Assembly: GCA_963762115.1 (NCBI GenBank)
Contig: CAVXJH010000006.1
Coordinates: forward strand, 416,001-480,000
Source: Candidatus Babeliales bacterium
Lineage (GTDB): Bacteria > Babelota > Babeliae > Babelales > JANWKD01
Length of the DNA stretch: 64,000 nucleotides
Direction: 5' to 3'
Positions 37,729-47,809 of the stretch are shown here, piece after piece; positions within the stretch are counted from its first letter, which is position 1, and every line of letters starts with the position of its first letter. The notes under the pieces were generated by a model. It did no database searches, had not been told where the DNA came from, and saw nothing but the letters and a program-made list of their open reading frames with translations. A program made the translations under genes and the position numbers.

Positions 37729-38940
37729 ATGAAAATTCTTGATGCTCGTTTTATGGTGCTTCAATATTTGCTCAATGCCTATGATAAAATTAGTGTTCCT
37801 TTGATTGGTTATGATGGTACGAGATTTCTACCAATGTCAGGAACAGCACAATCATGGACAGGTTGTTTTGATGATATTGGCATCTATGTTTTAATTCCAA
37901 AATTAGTTAGATTACTTGATGTTTCATTGCAACAAGGTATAGATATATTTTTTTATAGTTTACAATATGTACCTTTTTTATTAGCTTTTATTGGATTTTT
38001 TTTATTATATACATCATGGATGGCACGTTTTGCTTGTGCAGGGTCATTGGCATTTTTGTTATATTCTATTACTAATGTACCTATCACTGATGTATATCTT
38101 GCTTATTCTGCTGCCCCTCTTAGTGTAATACCGCTATTTCTTTATTTTTTAAAAAATAAATTTTATAAAGCTTTATTATGTTTTATTGTATTGAGTGGTA
38201 TAGTATTAGGTTTTTTGCATTATGTTCGTTCCTATGCGGGGTTATGCGTAGTTGGCTTCATGGTTATTATCTTGCTTTGTAATGATGTATTCAATATACG
38301 TCGAACAGCATTACTTTTAACTACGTTGTTTATAAGTCTTTTGATTCCTTATGGTTATTTTTCTTATTTAGTTCACGAATATACAACGTATTCATCTGAA
38401 CATTTTGACGCATGCGATGTTACCAGTTGCCATGCATTTTGGACAACTCTTTATGCCGGGTTCGGTTTTTTGAAATATCTTAATATTGATAATATTTCTT
38501 TTGAAGATTCATTTGTTGTTGATAAGATTCAACAAAAGGAACCTAACCTTTCTTTTTTACAAATGCCAGAATTTGAAAAGGCAGTAAAACAAGAAGTGAT
38601 TGATTTGTTTATACATCAACGTTTTTTTGTGATTGTTACCTTATTTGCTAAATTAGGTGTTCTCTTTTTTTATTTATTAAAATATGCAAATTTGGGTTTA
38701 TTAGCATTATTTTTTGTTCGCATCGCCTGGTGGCAAGAATTAGCATGGTTTTTTTGTCTTGGATTAAGTGCTCTTTTTCCATTAATGACATTACCTCAAG
38801 GCAATTATACTTTGTCCTTTATTGCGTGTTGTACTTTGTTTGGCATAGTTAATTTGGGCAATTTACTTGAAAATTTTTCTGTAGGTATTTTTCTGCGAAG
38901 GATTTTTTATAAGACTTTGAGAACTGCGGCTTTATCTTAA
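37729..38940 (+). CDS. Multi-pass membrane protein, putative GT-C-fold transferase (paralog 1 of 4)
   Basis: DDIGIYVLIPKL, HYVRSY, H.FW..LY.GFG and TLFAKLG, shared with 40980, 46581 and 47810. Confidence 0.65.
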   Translation: MKILDARFMVLQYLLNAYDKISVPLIGYDGTRFLPMSGTAQSWTGCFDDIGIYVLIPKLVRLLDVSLQQGIDIFFYSLQYVPFLLAFIGFFLLYTSWMARFACAGSLAFLLYSITNVPITDVYLAYSAAPLSVIPLFLYFLKNKFYKALLCFIVLSGIVLGFLHYVRSYAGLCVVGFMVIILLCNDVFNIRRTALLLTTLFISLLIPYGYFSYLVHEYTTYSSEHFDACDVTSCHAFWTTLYAGFGFLKYLNIDNISFEDSFVVDKIQQKEPNLSFLQMPEFEKAVKQEVIDLFIHQRFFVIVTLFAKLGVLFFYLLKYANLGLLALFFVRIAWWQELAWFFCLGLSALFPLMTLPQGNYTLSFIACCTLFGIVNLGNLLENFSVGIFLRRIFYKTLRTAALS

Positions 38941-39887
38941 AAAATTAATTTTTTTGGTGATTATATAAAGAGGTCGATCTTTTAGTTGATCATAAGTAAT
39001 ACCGATATTTCTGCCTATGAGCCAGATTAGAAAAAATTGAAAGCCAAGTGAAAGATAGAGTAAAAGATATATTATATTGAATAAAGAATAATAGGTATGA
39101 AAAGATATAATTTTTATACCTAAATATAATACAAAGCTTATTCCTGAAAGAAAGACAAAAATAAAAGCGAAGCAAGAAATTTTTAGTGGGAATAATGAAA
39201 AATTAGCAATACCATCGAAAGCAATTTTAAATAATTTTGTCCACGTATATTTTGTTGTTCCCGATAGGCGCATAGGCTGCATAAAGTCAACAATAGCATA
39301 TTCAAAGCCAGACCAGGCAATCATGCCGCGCAAATAGCGTGAATATTCTCTCATTGTTTTTATTTTTATTAAAACTTGTTTGTCTATGAGCCGAAAGTCA
39401 TTAATATTTCGTGGAATGTGTACATCAGCTATTGCATCTAAGATTCTATAGTAAATATTGGCGGTGAATTTTTTTAAGAAGGTATCATCTCTATTAATTC
39501 TTTTTGCATAGACAATACGTGCACCTTTTTCCCATTTTTTAATTAAAGAGGGAATAATATGCGGTGGATGTTGCATATCGGCATCCATGGTGATGATTGC
39601 ATCACCAGTTGCTACATCATAGCCGGCTGTGAGTGCGCGTTGATAGCCAAAATTACGACTAAAATTAATCGCTTTTATTGTTAATGCTTGTTTGGCAAGA
39701 TGTTGAATAATGATCCAGGAATTATCACTGCTACCATCGTTTACAAATATTATTTCATAATCATATATATCTATCATTAATTGCATACTACGTTTTATTT
39801 CAGTGTAAACAATAGGAATGTTTTCACTTTCATTGTAGACGGGTAAAATAATTGATATTTTTTTTTCTTAAAATAATTTGTATTCAT
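38932..39887 (-). pseudogene. GT2 GtrB-like glycosyltransferase frameshifted in an A9 tract near the 5' end
   Basis: ATG at 39887 gives MNTNYFK, then A9 (39858-39866) shifts out of the frame carrying KKISIILPVYNE...NDGS...SRNFG...DAD. A10 or A7 restores a full gene. Confidence 0.8.
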
Positions 39888-40036
39888 TATGGTAGCTTTA
39901 TATATTCTGATATTTTCTCTACAATATCCTGAAGGAAAAATTCTGTAAAATGATTTTGAAATTTAATAGATATATTTATTGTATTAAGGCAAAATTATGA
40001 TACATAAAAAAGTTGAGAGAAAAAAAGTAACTAGTA

Positions 40037-40969
40037 ATGAGAAAAAAAATTTCTATAGTTATTCCAATTTATAATGAAGAAAAAAATATTGTAGTTCTGT
40101 GCGATGAATTAATAAATATCACAAAAAAGATGTGCGCTTTCGATTTTGAAATAGTATTGATTAACGATGGCAGCAGTGATAATTCATGGCACAGTATTAA
40201 TGAGCTTGCTCTTCAAAATTCTCATATTAAAGGAATAAATTTAAGTAGAAATTTTGGTCATCAAATTGCTTTAAGTGCTGGCTATGATTTTGCCACCGGT
40301 GATGCAATTATCACTATGGATGCTGATATGCAACATCCACCCCACATAATTCCGACAATAATAGAAAAATGGCTTGAAGGATATGCAATTGTCTATGTTA
40401 AAAGCGTTATGCGCAATGACCGTTTTTTAAAAAAAATAACAGCACTTGTCTACTATAGAATATTACAGTCTATTGCAGAAGTTATCATTCCTCGTAATGT
40501 TGCCGATTTTCGATTAATTGACAGAAAGGTAGCAGATGCTCTGCGAAAATCAAAAGAGAAAACGCGATATTTGCGCGGTATGGTTGCTTGGACCGGCTTT
40601 AAACATACTATTGTGACATGTCAATTTTCTGATCGTTTATCCGGGGTGAGCGGTTATACTTGGAAAAAAATGATTAAATTGGCATTTGATGGCATTACAA
40701 GCTTTTCACACTTTCCCTTACAAATAATAGTTTTTGCAGCCAGTTTGATACTTTTTTCTGGTTTAATAATGGTGGGATATCTCATGTATACTATGCTTTG
40801 TGGCTATGCGAGTTATCCTCTTTTTAAATGGCTCATAGTCGTGGTGTATCTTGGTATGGGAATACAATTATTTTTAAGCTGTCTTCTGGGAGAATATATA
40901 AGTAGGATTTATGATCAACTCAAAGATCGTCCATTATATATTATTGCCCAAACATTCAACATTAAATAA
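40037..40969 (+). CDS. GT2 GtrB/ArnC-like glycosyltransferase
   Basis: SIVIPIYNEE, NDGSSD, SRNFGHQ, MDADMQHPP, GEYISRI...RPLYI. Confidence 0.93.
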   Translation: MRKKISIVIPIYNEEKNIVVLCDELINITKKMCAFDFEIVLINDGSSDNSWHSINELALQNSHIKGINLSRNFGHQIALSAGYDFATGDAIITMDADMQHPPHIIPTIIEKWLEGYAIVYVKSVMRNDRFLKKITALVYYRILQSIAEVIIPRNVADFRLIDRKVADALRKSKEKTRYLRGMVAWTGFKHTIVTCQFSDRLSGVSGYTWKKMIKLAFDGITSFSHFPLQIIVFAASLILFSGLIMVGYLMYTMLCGYASYPLFKWLIVVVYLGMGIQLFLSCLLGEYISRIYDQLKDRPLYIIAQTFNIK

Positions 40970-40979
40970 AGGTTTTTTG

Positions 40980-42110
40980 ATGGATTATGCAAACGGTCGT
41001 TATGCTCACCTCGTTAACTGTCTGGCAGGTTATAAAAAAACTGGTGTTTCGCTTATTGAATATACTGGTAACAAATTAGTGCCAACTTTTGCAGCTGATG
41101 ATCTGGGAATCTATATTCTCATACCAAAGCTTGCATCAGTGTTAAATAGTACCATTGAAACGGCAATGAGTGTTTTTTTTAATGGTATTGCGATTGGTTC
41201 GTTTTTAATCGGTTTTGTTGGTTTTTGTTTTTTGTATAAATCCTGGCTAGCTCGTTTGGTGAGTTTTGTTTGTTTATTGATGGTGGTTATTTTTTCGTTA
41301 TTGAAAGTTGGTGATGTGTATTTGTTATATTCATCATGTGCTTTTGCCTTAGTGCCTTGGACTTTATATTTTGCTAACAATAAATCATATTTTCTCTTTT
41401 GTATTTTTAATATGTTTGCTGGTTATTATATAGGCACAGCGCATTATATTAGGGCATATTCATCGGTCCCAACATTAGTTTTTATGCTATTTTTGCTTGC
41501 GATTGTGCGGATTGAAATGGGAAAAAAAGTATTAATCACCTTAAGTTTATTGTTTGGTTTATCCGCTGCGATGTTTTATTTTTCTTCTGTTTATAATGAG
41601 TATGTGCAGTATTCTCAAAAAAATCTCCCCGAATGTACTATTGCAAAAAAAGGTCATGTTTTCTGGCATGCAGCATACTGTGGGCTTGGATTTTTGAGAT
41701 TTGCCAATAAAGATGATATAGAATGGAGCGATAGTTGTGGCGAGGCAAGAGCTTTATCAATAAATCCGCAAGCAACAATTGATAAAACCGATCTTTATGA
41801 ATCAATTTTGAAAAAAGAAGTATTTAAAATTATTAAAGAACAGCCCTTATTTGTTTTATTTACATTTTGGGCAAAATTGGGCATTTTGCTTTTTTATTTT
41901 TTTATTTTTGCTCATCTTGGCATTCTTGCAGCATGTATATATCATCTTCCGTGGTATATGTATGCTGCTTTTTTTTGTGCGTTAGCAATGAGTGCGTTGT
42001 TTCCATTACTGACTGTTCCGGTTTATTCCTATAGTTTAGGATTTATAGCATTTGCAGCATTGTTTGCAGTAGTAAGTATTAATAATTTTTTATATGTATA
42101 TAAGCAATAA
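40980..42110 (+). CDS. Multi-pass membrane protein, putative GT-C-fold transferase (paralog 2)
   Basis: DDLGIYILIPKL, HYIRAYS, HVFWH..Y.GLG, WSD, TFWAKLG. Confidence 0.65.
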   Translation: MDYANGRYAHLVNCLAGYKKTGVSLIEYTGNKLVPTFAADDLGIYILIPKLASVLNSTIETAMSVFFNGIAIGSFLIGFVGFCFLYKSWLARLVSFVCLLMVVIFSLLKVGDVYLLYSSCAFALVPWTLYFANNKSYFLFCIFNMFAGYYIGTAHYIRAYSSVPTLVFMLFLLAIVRIEMGKKVLITLSLLFGLSAAMFYFSSVYNEYVQYSQKNLPECTIAKKGHVFWHAAYCGLGFLRFANKDDIEWSDSCGEARALSINPQATIDKTDLYESILKKEVFKIIKEQPLFVLFTFWAKLGILLFYFFIFAHLGILAACIYHLPWYMYAAFFCALAMSALFPLLTVPVYSYSLGFIAFAALFAVVSINNFLYVYKQ

Positions 42111-42192
42111 AAGATACTAGTAATGATTGATTAAATACAAAATAATATTTTAGTATTATGAAAAAATATGTTTAAAGACTTTGGGAGTATGA

Positions 42193-43602
42193 ATGAAAAA
42201 ATGTATAACTATTTTTTTTCTTTTTATAGGCATTACATCAACTATACAAGCAAATTTAGGTACTATTTTTGATACATTGATGGGAGCTAATACGAATCCA
42301 TATTTTCAAGCATGTATAACAAATAAAATTAAAGAACCATGGTTTCCTGATAGTAACTTTGCTTATTATTTTTCTCGTTCACTCTTTGAGAAATATTCTA
42401 TAGAAAATGGATTATCACAAATAAAATTGAAAATTCCCAAAATTATCCATCAAATTTGGTTAGGAGGTTTTGTGCCAGTGAAATATGTTGATTGGATAGC
42501 AACATGGCATGAGCATCATCCTGATTGGACAATTATAATGTGGATGGATGAAGATATACAAAATCTTAACTTAGTAAATAAAGATTTGTTTCTGACGGCA
42601 AAAAATTATGGAGAAAAGTCAGATATTCTTCGGTTGGAGCTTATTAATATGTTTGGGGGGTTATACGTTGATACTGATTATGAATGCTTGAAGCCATTAG
42701 ATGCGTTTCATTATTGTAATAGTTTTTATGTAAGCTCTGCGGGGATTGGTGAGTGTGGCGTTGGTATTGTTAATGCTTTAATAGGTGCTTCACCACGGCA
42801 TCCGCTCATTGGTAAATTGGTGCATTCTATGAAAGCAGCGGCACACATGCCTATGCTGAGTCAAAGAAGTGGGCCTATGTATTTTACCAAAATATTTTTT
42901 GAAAATGTTGAAGAATGTTCAAAAGATGTTGTTATGTATCCTGCTGACTATCTTGCGGCTCATGGTGGTATTTCATATGCTACTCATTGGTTTGATGCTA
43001 GTTGGTTAAATCCATCAGGATTAAATCAAAGGATACTTCATGATTCAAGATTAGAAAAAACGTTAACGCCATTATTTTTTAAAAAGAAATCTGGTGGCAA
43101 GTATCCTAGGATTTTCCCAAAATTATATTATGATATTTGGACTGGAATATTTGAACAACTTAAGAATCGTACTATTGTTGAATTAGGTGTAACGAATTTT
43201 ATCGTTGATTCTAGAATGGATCTGGGTGACCTGAAGTATATAGGCATTTCTCCCGTCAAATTTTTGGCCCTGCAACAACGACTATTTTATAATGATCATG
43301 CCAATCGGGTCTATTGGTGGAAAAATTGTTTGGTGGAAGGGATTCCTCAATGTGGATTATTAATTCTTGGTGATTGCATGGAATATCTTTCTTATGCAGA
43401 TTGTATGACTCTTTTACAAAAAGTTGCTTATTGTGATCCTGAGATTGTTATTATTGCTCATAATAGTGCTCAGAATAATAGTGATACCGAGCTTGGGCAA
43501 CAAAGATCACTTAATATGGGTCAGGCGCCATTTAATCTTCCTAATCCTGATAAGATAATTACTATAGAGAAAAAGACGTATGGTGTTTGGAGAAATTGTT
43601 AG
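42193..43602 (+). CDS. GT32 (DXD, Och1/Sur1-like) glycosyltransferase with signal peptide and degenerate methyltransferase-like C-domain
   Basis: IPKIIHQIWLG, SDILRLE...FGGLYVDTD, SGP..FT; C-terminal IVELG...N.D...G..RSLN...PFNLP.P. Confidence 0.85.
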   Translation: MKKCITIFFLFIGITSTIQANLGTIFDTLMGANTNPYFQACITNKIKEPWFPDSNFAYYFSRSLFEKYSIENGLSQIKLKIPKIIHQIWLGGFVPVKYVDWIATWHEHHPDWTIIMWMDEDIQNLNLVNKDLFLTAKNYGEKSDILRLELINMFGGLYVDTDYECLKPLDAFHYCNSFYVSSAGIGECGVGIVNALIGASPRHPLIGKLVHSMKAAAHMPMLSQRSGPMYFTKIFFENVEECSKDVVMYPADYLAAHGGISYATHWFDASWLNPSGLNQRILHDSRLEKTLTPLFFKKKSGGKYPRIFPKLYYDIWTGIFEQLKNRTIVELGVTNFIVDSRMDLGDLKYIGISPVKFLALQQRLFYNDHANRVYWWKNCLVEGIPQCGLLILGDCMEYLSYADCMTLLQKVAYCDPEIVIIAHNSAQNNSDTELGQQRSLNMGQAPFNLPNPDKIITIEKKTYGVWRNC

Positions 43603-43617
43603 TAAAGGAAAAGTAAT

Positions 43618-44961
43618 TTAATGCACAGAAAATTGAAAGTTTTCTTTGGTTGAGACTTTCTTTTGTTGTATAAAAGCTTGGTAGAAAATTACGATGCCAA
43701 GTGCGGTTAACAATAATAAAATCGGTTCAAACATGAGGCGATATCGTCCACAGCCATCGTGCCCGGTGATAAAAGAAAAATATCCTATATAACTGCAAAA
43801 AAAGCTTAATAAAGCATATTTTTTTTGCAAGAATAAATATATTAGAGCAATGATAACAAATAAATATTGTAATAATAACCAAATAGCTTCACATAAAGCG
43901 ATCAAGCTAAGATAAGACGAGGTTGATCCAAAAGTAATGTATTTTTGCGCTCGTTCTAAAAAATTTCCTTGCATGTTGAAAAACGAGCAGGAACCCCCTT
44001 GTATTTCAGGATTAAACATAGACTTTAATTGTGTTGAATAAAGCCCAAAAAAAGTTCTCATCATAGCATTTGCCCAAGCAGAAAAAATAATAAATGGGCG
44101 TTCTCTCAGAATCATAAAAAATATATTTTTGCTGAGTTCGAGTTTTGCTTCATTGTTTTTACAAGAATCTATCTTTTGGATAATGTTTTCTCGTGTAATT
44201 GTGTCTAAGCGTGGCAAAATTCTTCGCGGCAAAAAATAGATAAAGATATTTTCGCTCACTAAATTTGTAACACAAAAGATTCCAAAAACTTTTTTATTAT
44301 ATGCCATATAATTGATAATAGGGAAATAAAAACATGAAAACATTAGAGTGAAAAGTATCATCTTGTGCTTTTTAGTTTTCGAAGGCATAAAGAAGAGTAT
44401 GCAACTGAGGGGAGTAATAAAATACAAAGCAACAGGTTTTACTATGACAGAACAACCTAACAAAAAAGCGGCTAGAGAGAGATTAGATTTGTTCTGTTGT
44501 TTAATAAATAAACAAAAAAAATAGAGAAATCCCACTAAAAATGTGGCAAGAAGTATTTCAGCAAGGATGAGCTGTGCATAAACCAAAAAACCTATATTGA
44601 ATGAAAATAAGAATAATACAAGATAAGCACTATTTTGATTAAAGAGTTGTAAGGCAAGGTTATAGAGCATAAAACTGCATAAAATGCCGAGCAGTATTTG
44701 AAAAATAAATAGTATGTTACTTTGATAAAATAGCGAGAAAATAATACCTAAAAACCAATGATAACCAATAGTATGACTTGGCATTGTATTGGGATATTCT
44801 GGATGGTACAGATTCCCAGTAGCTGCATAATATTGACCAATTAATTCATATTCTGATGAATCAACATCACGGTGGCCTTTAAGGGTGAGCTTATTGTATA
44901 ATATGCTTGAAAAACCAATAAAAAGAGTGAGGCAGCCAAGAATAAATATTATTTTTTTCAT
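43618..44961 (-). CDS. ArnT/PMT-like (GT39/GT83, GT-C) membrane glycosyltransferase
   Basis: DSSEY..IG, TIGY..FL, ILAEIL, VKP, RYRL.FEP; many TM segments. Confidence 0.78.
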   Translation of the reverse strand: MKKIIFILGCLTLFIGFSSILYNKLTLKGHRDVDSSEYELIGQYYAATGNLYHPEYPNTMPSHTIGYHWFLGIIFSLFYQSNILFIFQILLGILCSFMLYNLALQLFNQNSAYLVLFLFSFNIGFLVYAQLILAEILLATFLVGFLYFFCLFIKQQNKSNLSLAAFLLGCSVIVKPVALYFITPLSCILFFMPSKTKKHKMILFTLMFSCFYFPIINYMAYNKKVFGIFCVTNLVSENIFIYFLPRRILPRLDTITRENIIQKIDSCKNNEAKLELSKNIFFMILRERPFIIFSAWANAMMRTFFGLYSTQLKSMFNPEIQGGSCSFFNMQGNFLERAQKYITFGSTSSYLSLIALCEAIWLLLQYLFVIIALIYLFLQKKYALLSFFCSYIGYFSFITGHDGCGRYRLMFEPILLLLTALGIVIFYQAFIQQKKVSTKENFQFSVH

Positions 44962-44967
44962 AGTTAC

Positions 44968-46419
44968 TTAAGGTAATAATATTCGTGAAATAGATTTTAT
45001 TGCTTGATAGTTGCGATAAAGATTTTTTATTTTTACATATAAAAAATTAAGAGCATAGCCAACAAAAAAAGCAAATACCCAATAAAAAATAATTAAATAA
45101 CGAGCTTCCATATGAGATGGCAATTTACTAATACAAGAAAAGGCGATACATAAGGCAAAAACTACTGCTGAATGATGCCGATTTTGCCATGCTAAAAAAA
45201 TACCTAGCCAACCAAGTAAGAGGAAAAATTCTATATAATGTAGTTTTGCAATGGCATAATCAATGCATTTCATTAATAACGATAAAGGATGGGATAGGCA
45301 ATAAAATATTCTTTCTCGTAAAGAATGACAATGATCAAGTAGGTGATCAACATTATTTGTCCATAAGGGATTGAAAAAAAACAGAAGAGGAATGCGTTTT
45401 AAAATCATTGAAATATAACTGAACGGGTGTTTTTGTATTGCTTTTATAAAAAGCTCATGAGCTTTATCATTTATTTCAATAGTACCTTGTTTTAATTGGT
45501 AGTTTTTTTGCATATAAGATGCAAACCATTCATCATCCATAATGAATCCCCAGGGATTTTTGTATTCTCCAAGCCCTTCAATAAGATCTTGACCAGCAGG
45601 AGAAACAAGATAACGATTATAGGCAGTTTTATTATAAGCTATAAATGGTATCCAAAAAGCTAGTGCATTTAATAACCAAAAAAGAGAAATAATATATATA
45701 GGTTTCGATGATTTTTTCCGAAAAAATAATAATGCTAAAGTTATTGGGATTAAAGTGAAAAAAATAGTTGGTCGCATCCATTGGCACAATGCAAAAAAGA
45801 GGCTGTAGAATATACCTTTATTTAATGATAATGAGTTATGGTATGCAGCAATAATGCTGTAAAAAATAACTGCTAATCCATAATAGCCCCAAATATCACG
45901 CATAACTTGTACGTTAAGAAAGATAAGAGGGAAATAACAAAGAAATGCGCCGCAAACAAAAAGTGCGATCTGTCTTTGATGGAAAAGGAGCATTGCGCTT
46001 TCATATATTAAAATCATTAGTAAGGAAAAAAGTAACATTTGTAACATTTGCATATTTTGATACGTAAGTTTGTTAGTTAATTTCCATAATAAACCTAATA
46101 ATATGCCATATCCTATGGTATCATTTACTGATCGATATTCTGTGTCATCTGATACTGTCGAAGTGTTGAATTCTTCATAGGTAACGAGCTGTTCTTTTTC
46201 ATTGCACAATGTAGCAAAGTTTTGTATGCGTTCAGGGTTCACTTTAATACTATTATTGTTGTAAAGGTTGAAGGCAATTTCAGCATGGGGAGCAAGGAGT
46301 CCAGTAAAGAAAAAAGTTTTTTGATTAAATAAGAAAAAAAAGATGTTTAAAAGCAATGCCAAAGCAACAAAAAATATTTTATCAATTCTTGATTGTGATA
46401 GAGCAAAAGGATTCTTCAT
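44968..46419 (-). CDS. GT-C-like multi-pass membrane protein
   Basis: DTIGYGILLG, WMRP, EGLGE..NPWG...DD, EARY; many TM segments. Confidence 0.65.
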   Translation of the reverse strand: MKNPFALSQSRIDKIFFVALALLLNIFFFLFNQKTFFFTGLLAPHAEIAFNLYNNNSIKVNPERIQNFATLCNEKEQLVTYEEFNTSTVSDDTEYRSVNDTIGYGILLGLLWKLTNKLTYQNMQMLQMLLFSLLMILIYESAMLLFHQRQIALFVCGAFLCYFPLIFLNVQVMRDIWGYYGLAVIFYSIIAAYHNSLSLNKGIFYSLFFALCQWMRPTIFFTLIPITLALLFFRKKSSKPIYIISLFWLLNALAFWIPFIAYNKTAYNRYLVSPAGQDLIEGLGEYKNPWGFIMDDEWFASYMQKNYQLKQGTIEINDKAHELFIKAIQKHPFSYISMILKRIPLLFFFNPLWTNNVDHLLDHCHSLRERIFYCLSHPLSLLMKCIDYAIAKLHYIEFFLLLGWLGIFLAWQNRHHSAVVFALCIAFSCISKLPSHMEARYLIIFYWVFAFFVGYALNFLYVKIKNLYRNYQAIKSISRILLP

Positions 46420-46580
46420 TACATTCTCTCTAATTTAAAATTTTTATTTAATATTTAGCATAGAGCCATAAAAATAACAATTGGATGATTTAGGGGGAAG
46501 GAGTTTGTGAAGATTAAAGATATGTGCTATAAAGACAAACATTAAGGAAAAAAATTGAAGGATTGAGATGAAGGACTATT

Positions 46581-47771
46581 ATGATTTTGATGGAATGCAG
46601 ATATAATTTATTGCAACAGATTTTAGCTGCTTATGGTAAAACAAAAATCCCTTTATTTGAAACTACCAATTTCATTTATGATGATATTGGAATTTATATT
46701 TTAATTCCGAAGTTAGTTTATTTTTTTGGTTTAACCTTAGATCAGGGAATTAATTTATTTTTTTATTCACAAGTATATTCGGCATTCGCACTCGGGTTAA
46801 TGGGCTTTTTGCTTTTATACCGTTCTCTGGCAAATAATGTTATTACTATATTGATTTTTACTTTATTTTTAAGATTTGCAAGAAATTATGTAGCAGATGT
46901 TTATCTTGAATATTTAATTCCAACATTAGCAATAATCCCTTTGTTTTTATATTTTTGCACAAAAAAATATAATTCGCGTTTATTTCCGGCATTTATGTTT
47001 TTTTGTGGCATTTTAGTTGGTTTTTCTCATTATGTGCGTGCATATTCATCTTTGGGAGTATTGGGATTTGTTCTTTGTATGCTTTTTTTGAATGAATACA
47101 TAAGTATTAAGCGAAAGAGTGTTTTAATATTATTTTTGTTGTTGGGGTTAAGTCTTCCAATGTGCTATTTTATGTCTGCTATACACCATTATACAAATCA
47201 TATGAAACAACATTTATCAGAGTATGATAGTGAGCAAATGAGGCATCTAATATGGCATCCAATTTATTTAGGATTTAGTTTTTTAGGCTACAATAATAGC
47301 GATAAAATAGTTTGGGATGATTTTTTTGCTCATAAAAAAGTACAGGAATTAGCACCTGCAGTTACTATAAAGCAAACATATGAATATGAAAATGTTTTAA
47401 AAAATGAAATATTTCATATGATTAAAACTCAGCGAGAATTTGTTATTTGGACTTTGTTTGCAAAGTTAGGGATATTGTTTTGGTATCTTCTTTTATTTGC
47501 TAATATTGGTTTATTAGCATTTTTTTTCGTAGTAAATCGTTGGCGATTAACGCTATCTTTTTTTTGTGCTTTTATGCTTAGTAGTATTCATTCTATTCTT
47601 GTTTTGCCAATTTATTCTTATGCTTTAGGATTTATTACTTTCGCATTTTTATTTGGGATTATATATATTAATGAATTTTTAGTGCAACAAAATCTTAAAA
47701 AATTATTTTTTGGAAATAGTTATAATAAGATAGAAAATAATATTCAAACAATTTCTATATCGGTGCAATAA
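46581..47771 (+). CDS. Multi-pass membrane protein, putative GT-C-fold transferase (paralog 3)
   Basis: YDDIGIYILIPKL, HYVRAYS, HLIWHPIYLG, WDD, WTLFAKLG. Confidence 0.65.
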   Translation: MILMECRYNLLQQILAAYGKTKIPLFETTNFIYDDIGIYILIPKLVYFFGLTLDQGINLFFYSQVYSAFALGLMGFLLLYRSLANNVITILIFTLFLRFARNYVADVYLEYLIPTLAIIPLFLYFCTKKYNSRLFPAFMFFCGILVGFSHYVRAYSSLGVLGFVLCMLFLNEYISIKRKSVLILFLLLGLSLPMCYFMSAIHHYTNHMKQHLSEYDSEQMRHLIWHPIYLGFSFLGYNNSDKIVWDDFFAHKKVQELAPAVTIKQTYEYENVLKNEIFHMIKTQREFVIWTLFAKLGILFWYLLLFANIGLLAFFFVVNRWRLTLSFFCAFMLSSIHSILVLPIYSYALGFITFAFLFGIIYINEFLVQQNLKKLFFGNSYNKIENNIQTISISVQ

Positions 47772-47809
47772 TTTGTTGTTTAATTGTGGTAACAAAGGGA
47801 TGAGTAGTT

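Noticed and set aside
35057..40969. Invertible DNA switch suggested by inverted MTase and GtrB paralogs
   Set aside because: The paralogs are clearly diverged at nucleotide level; no perfect inverted repeats or recombinase were seen.
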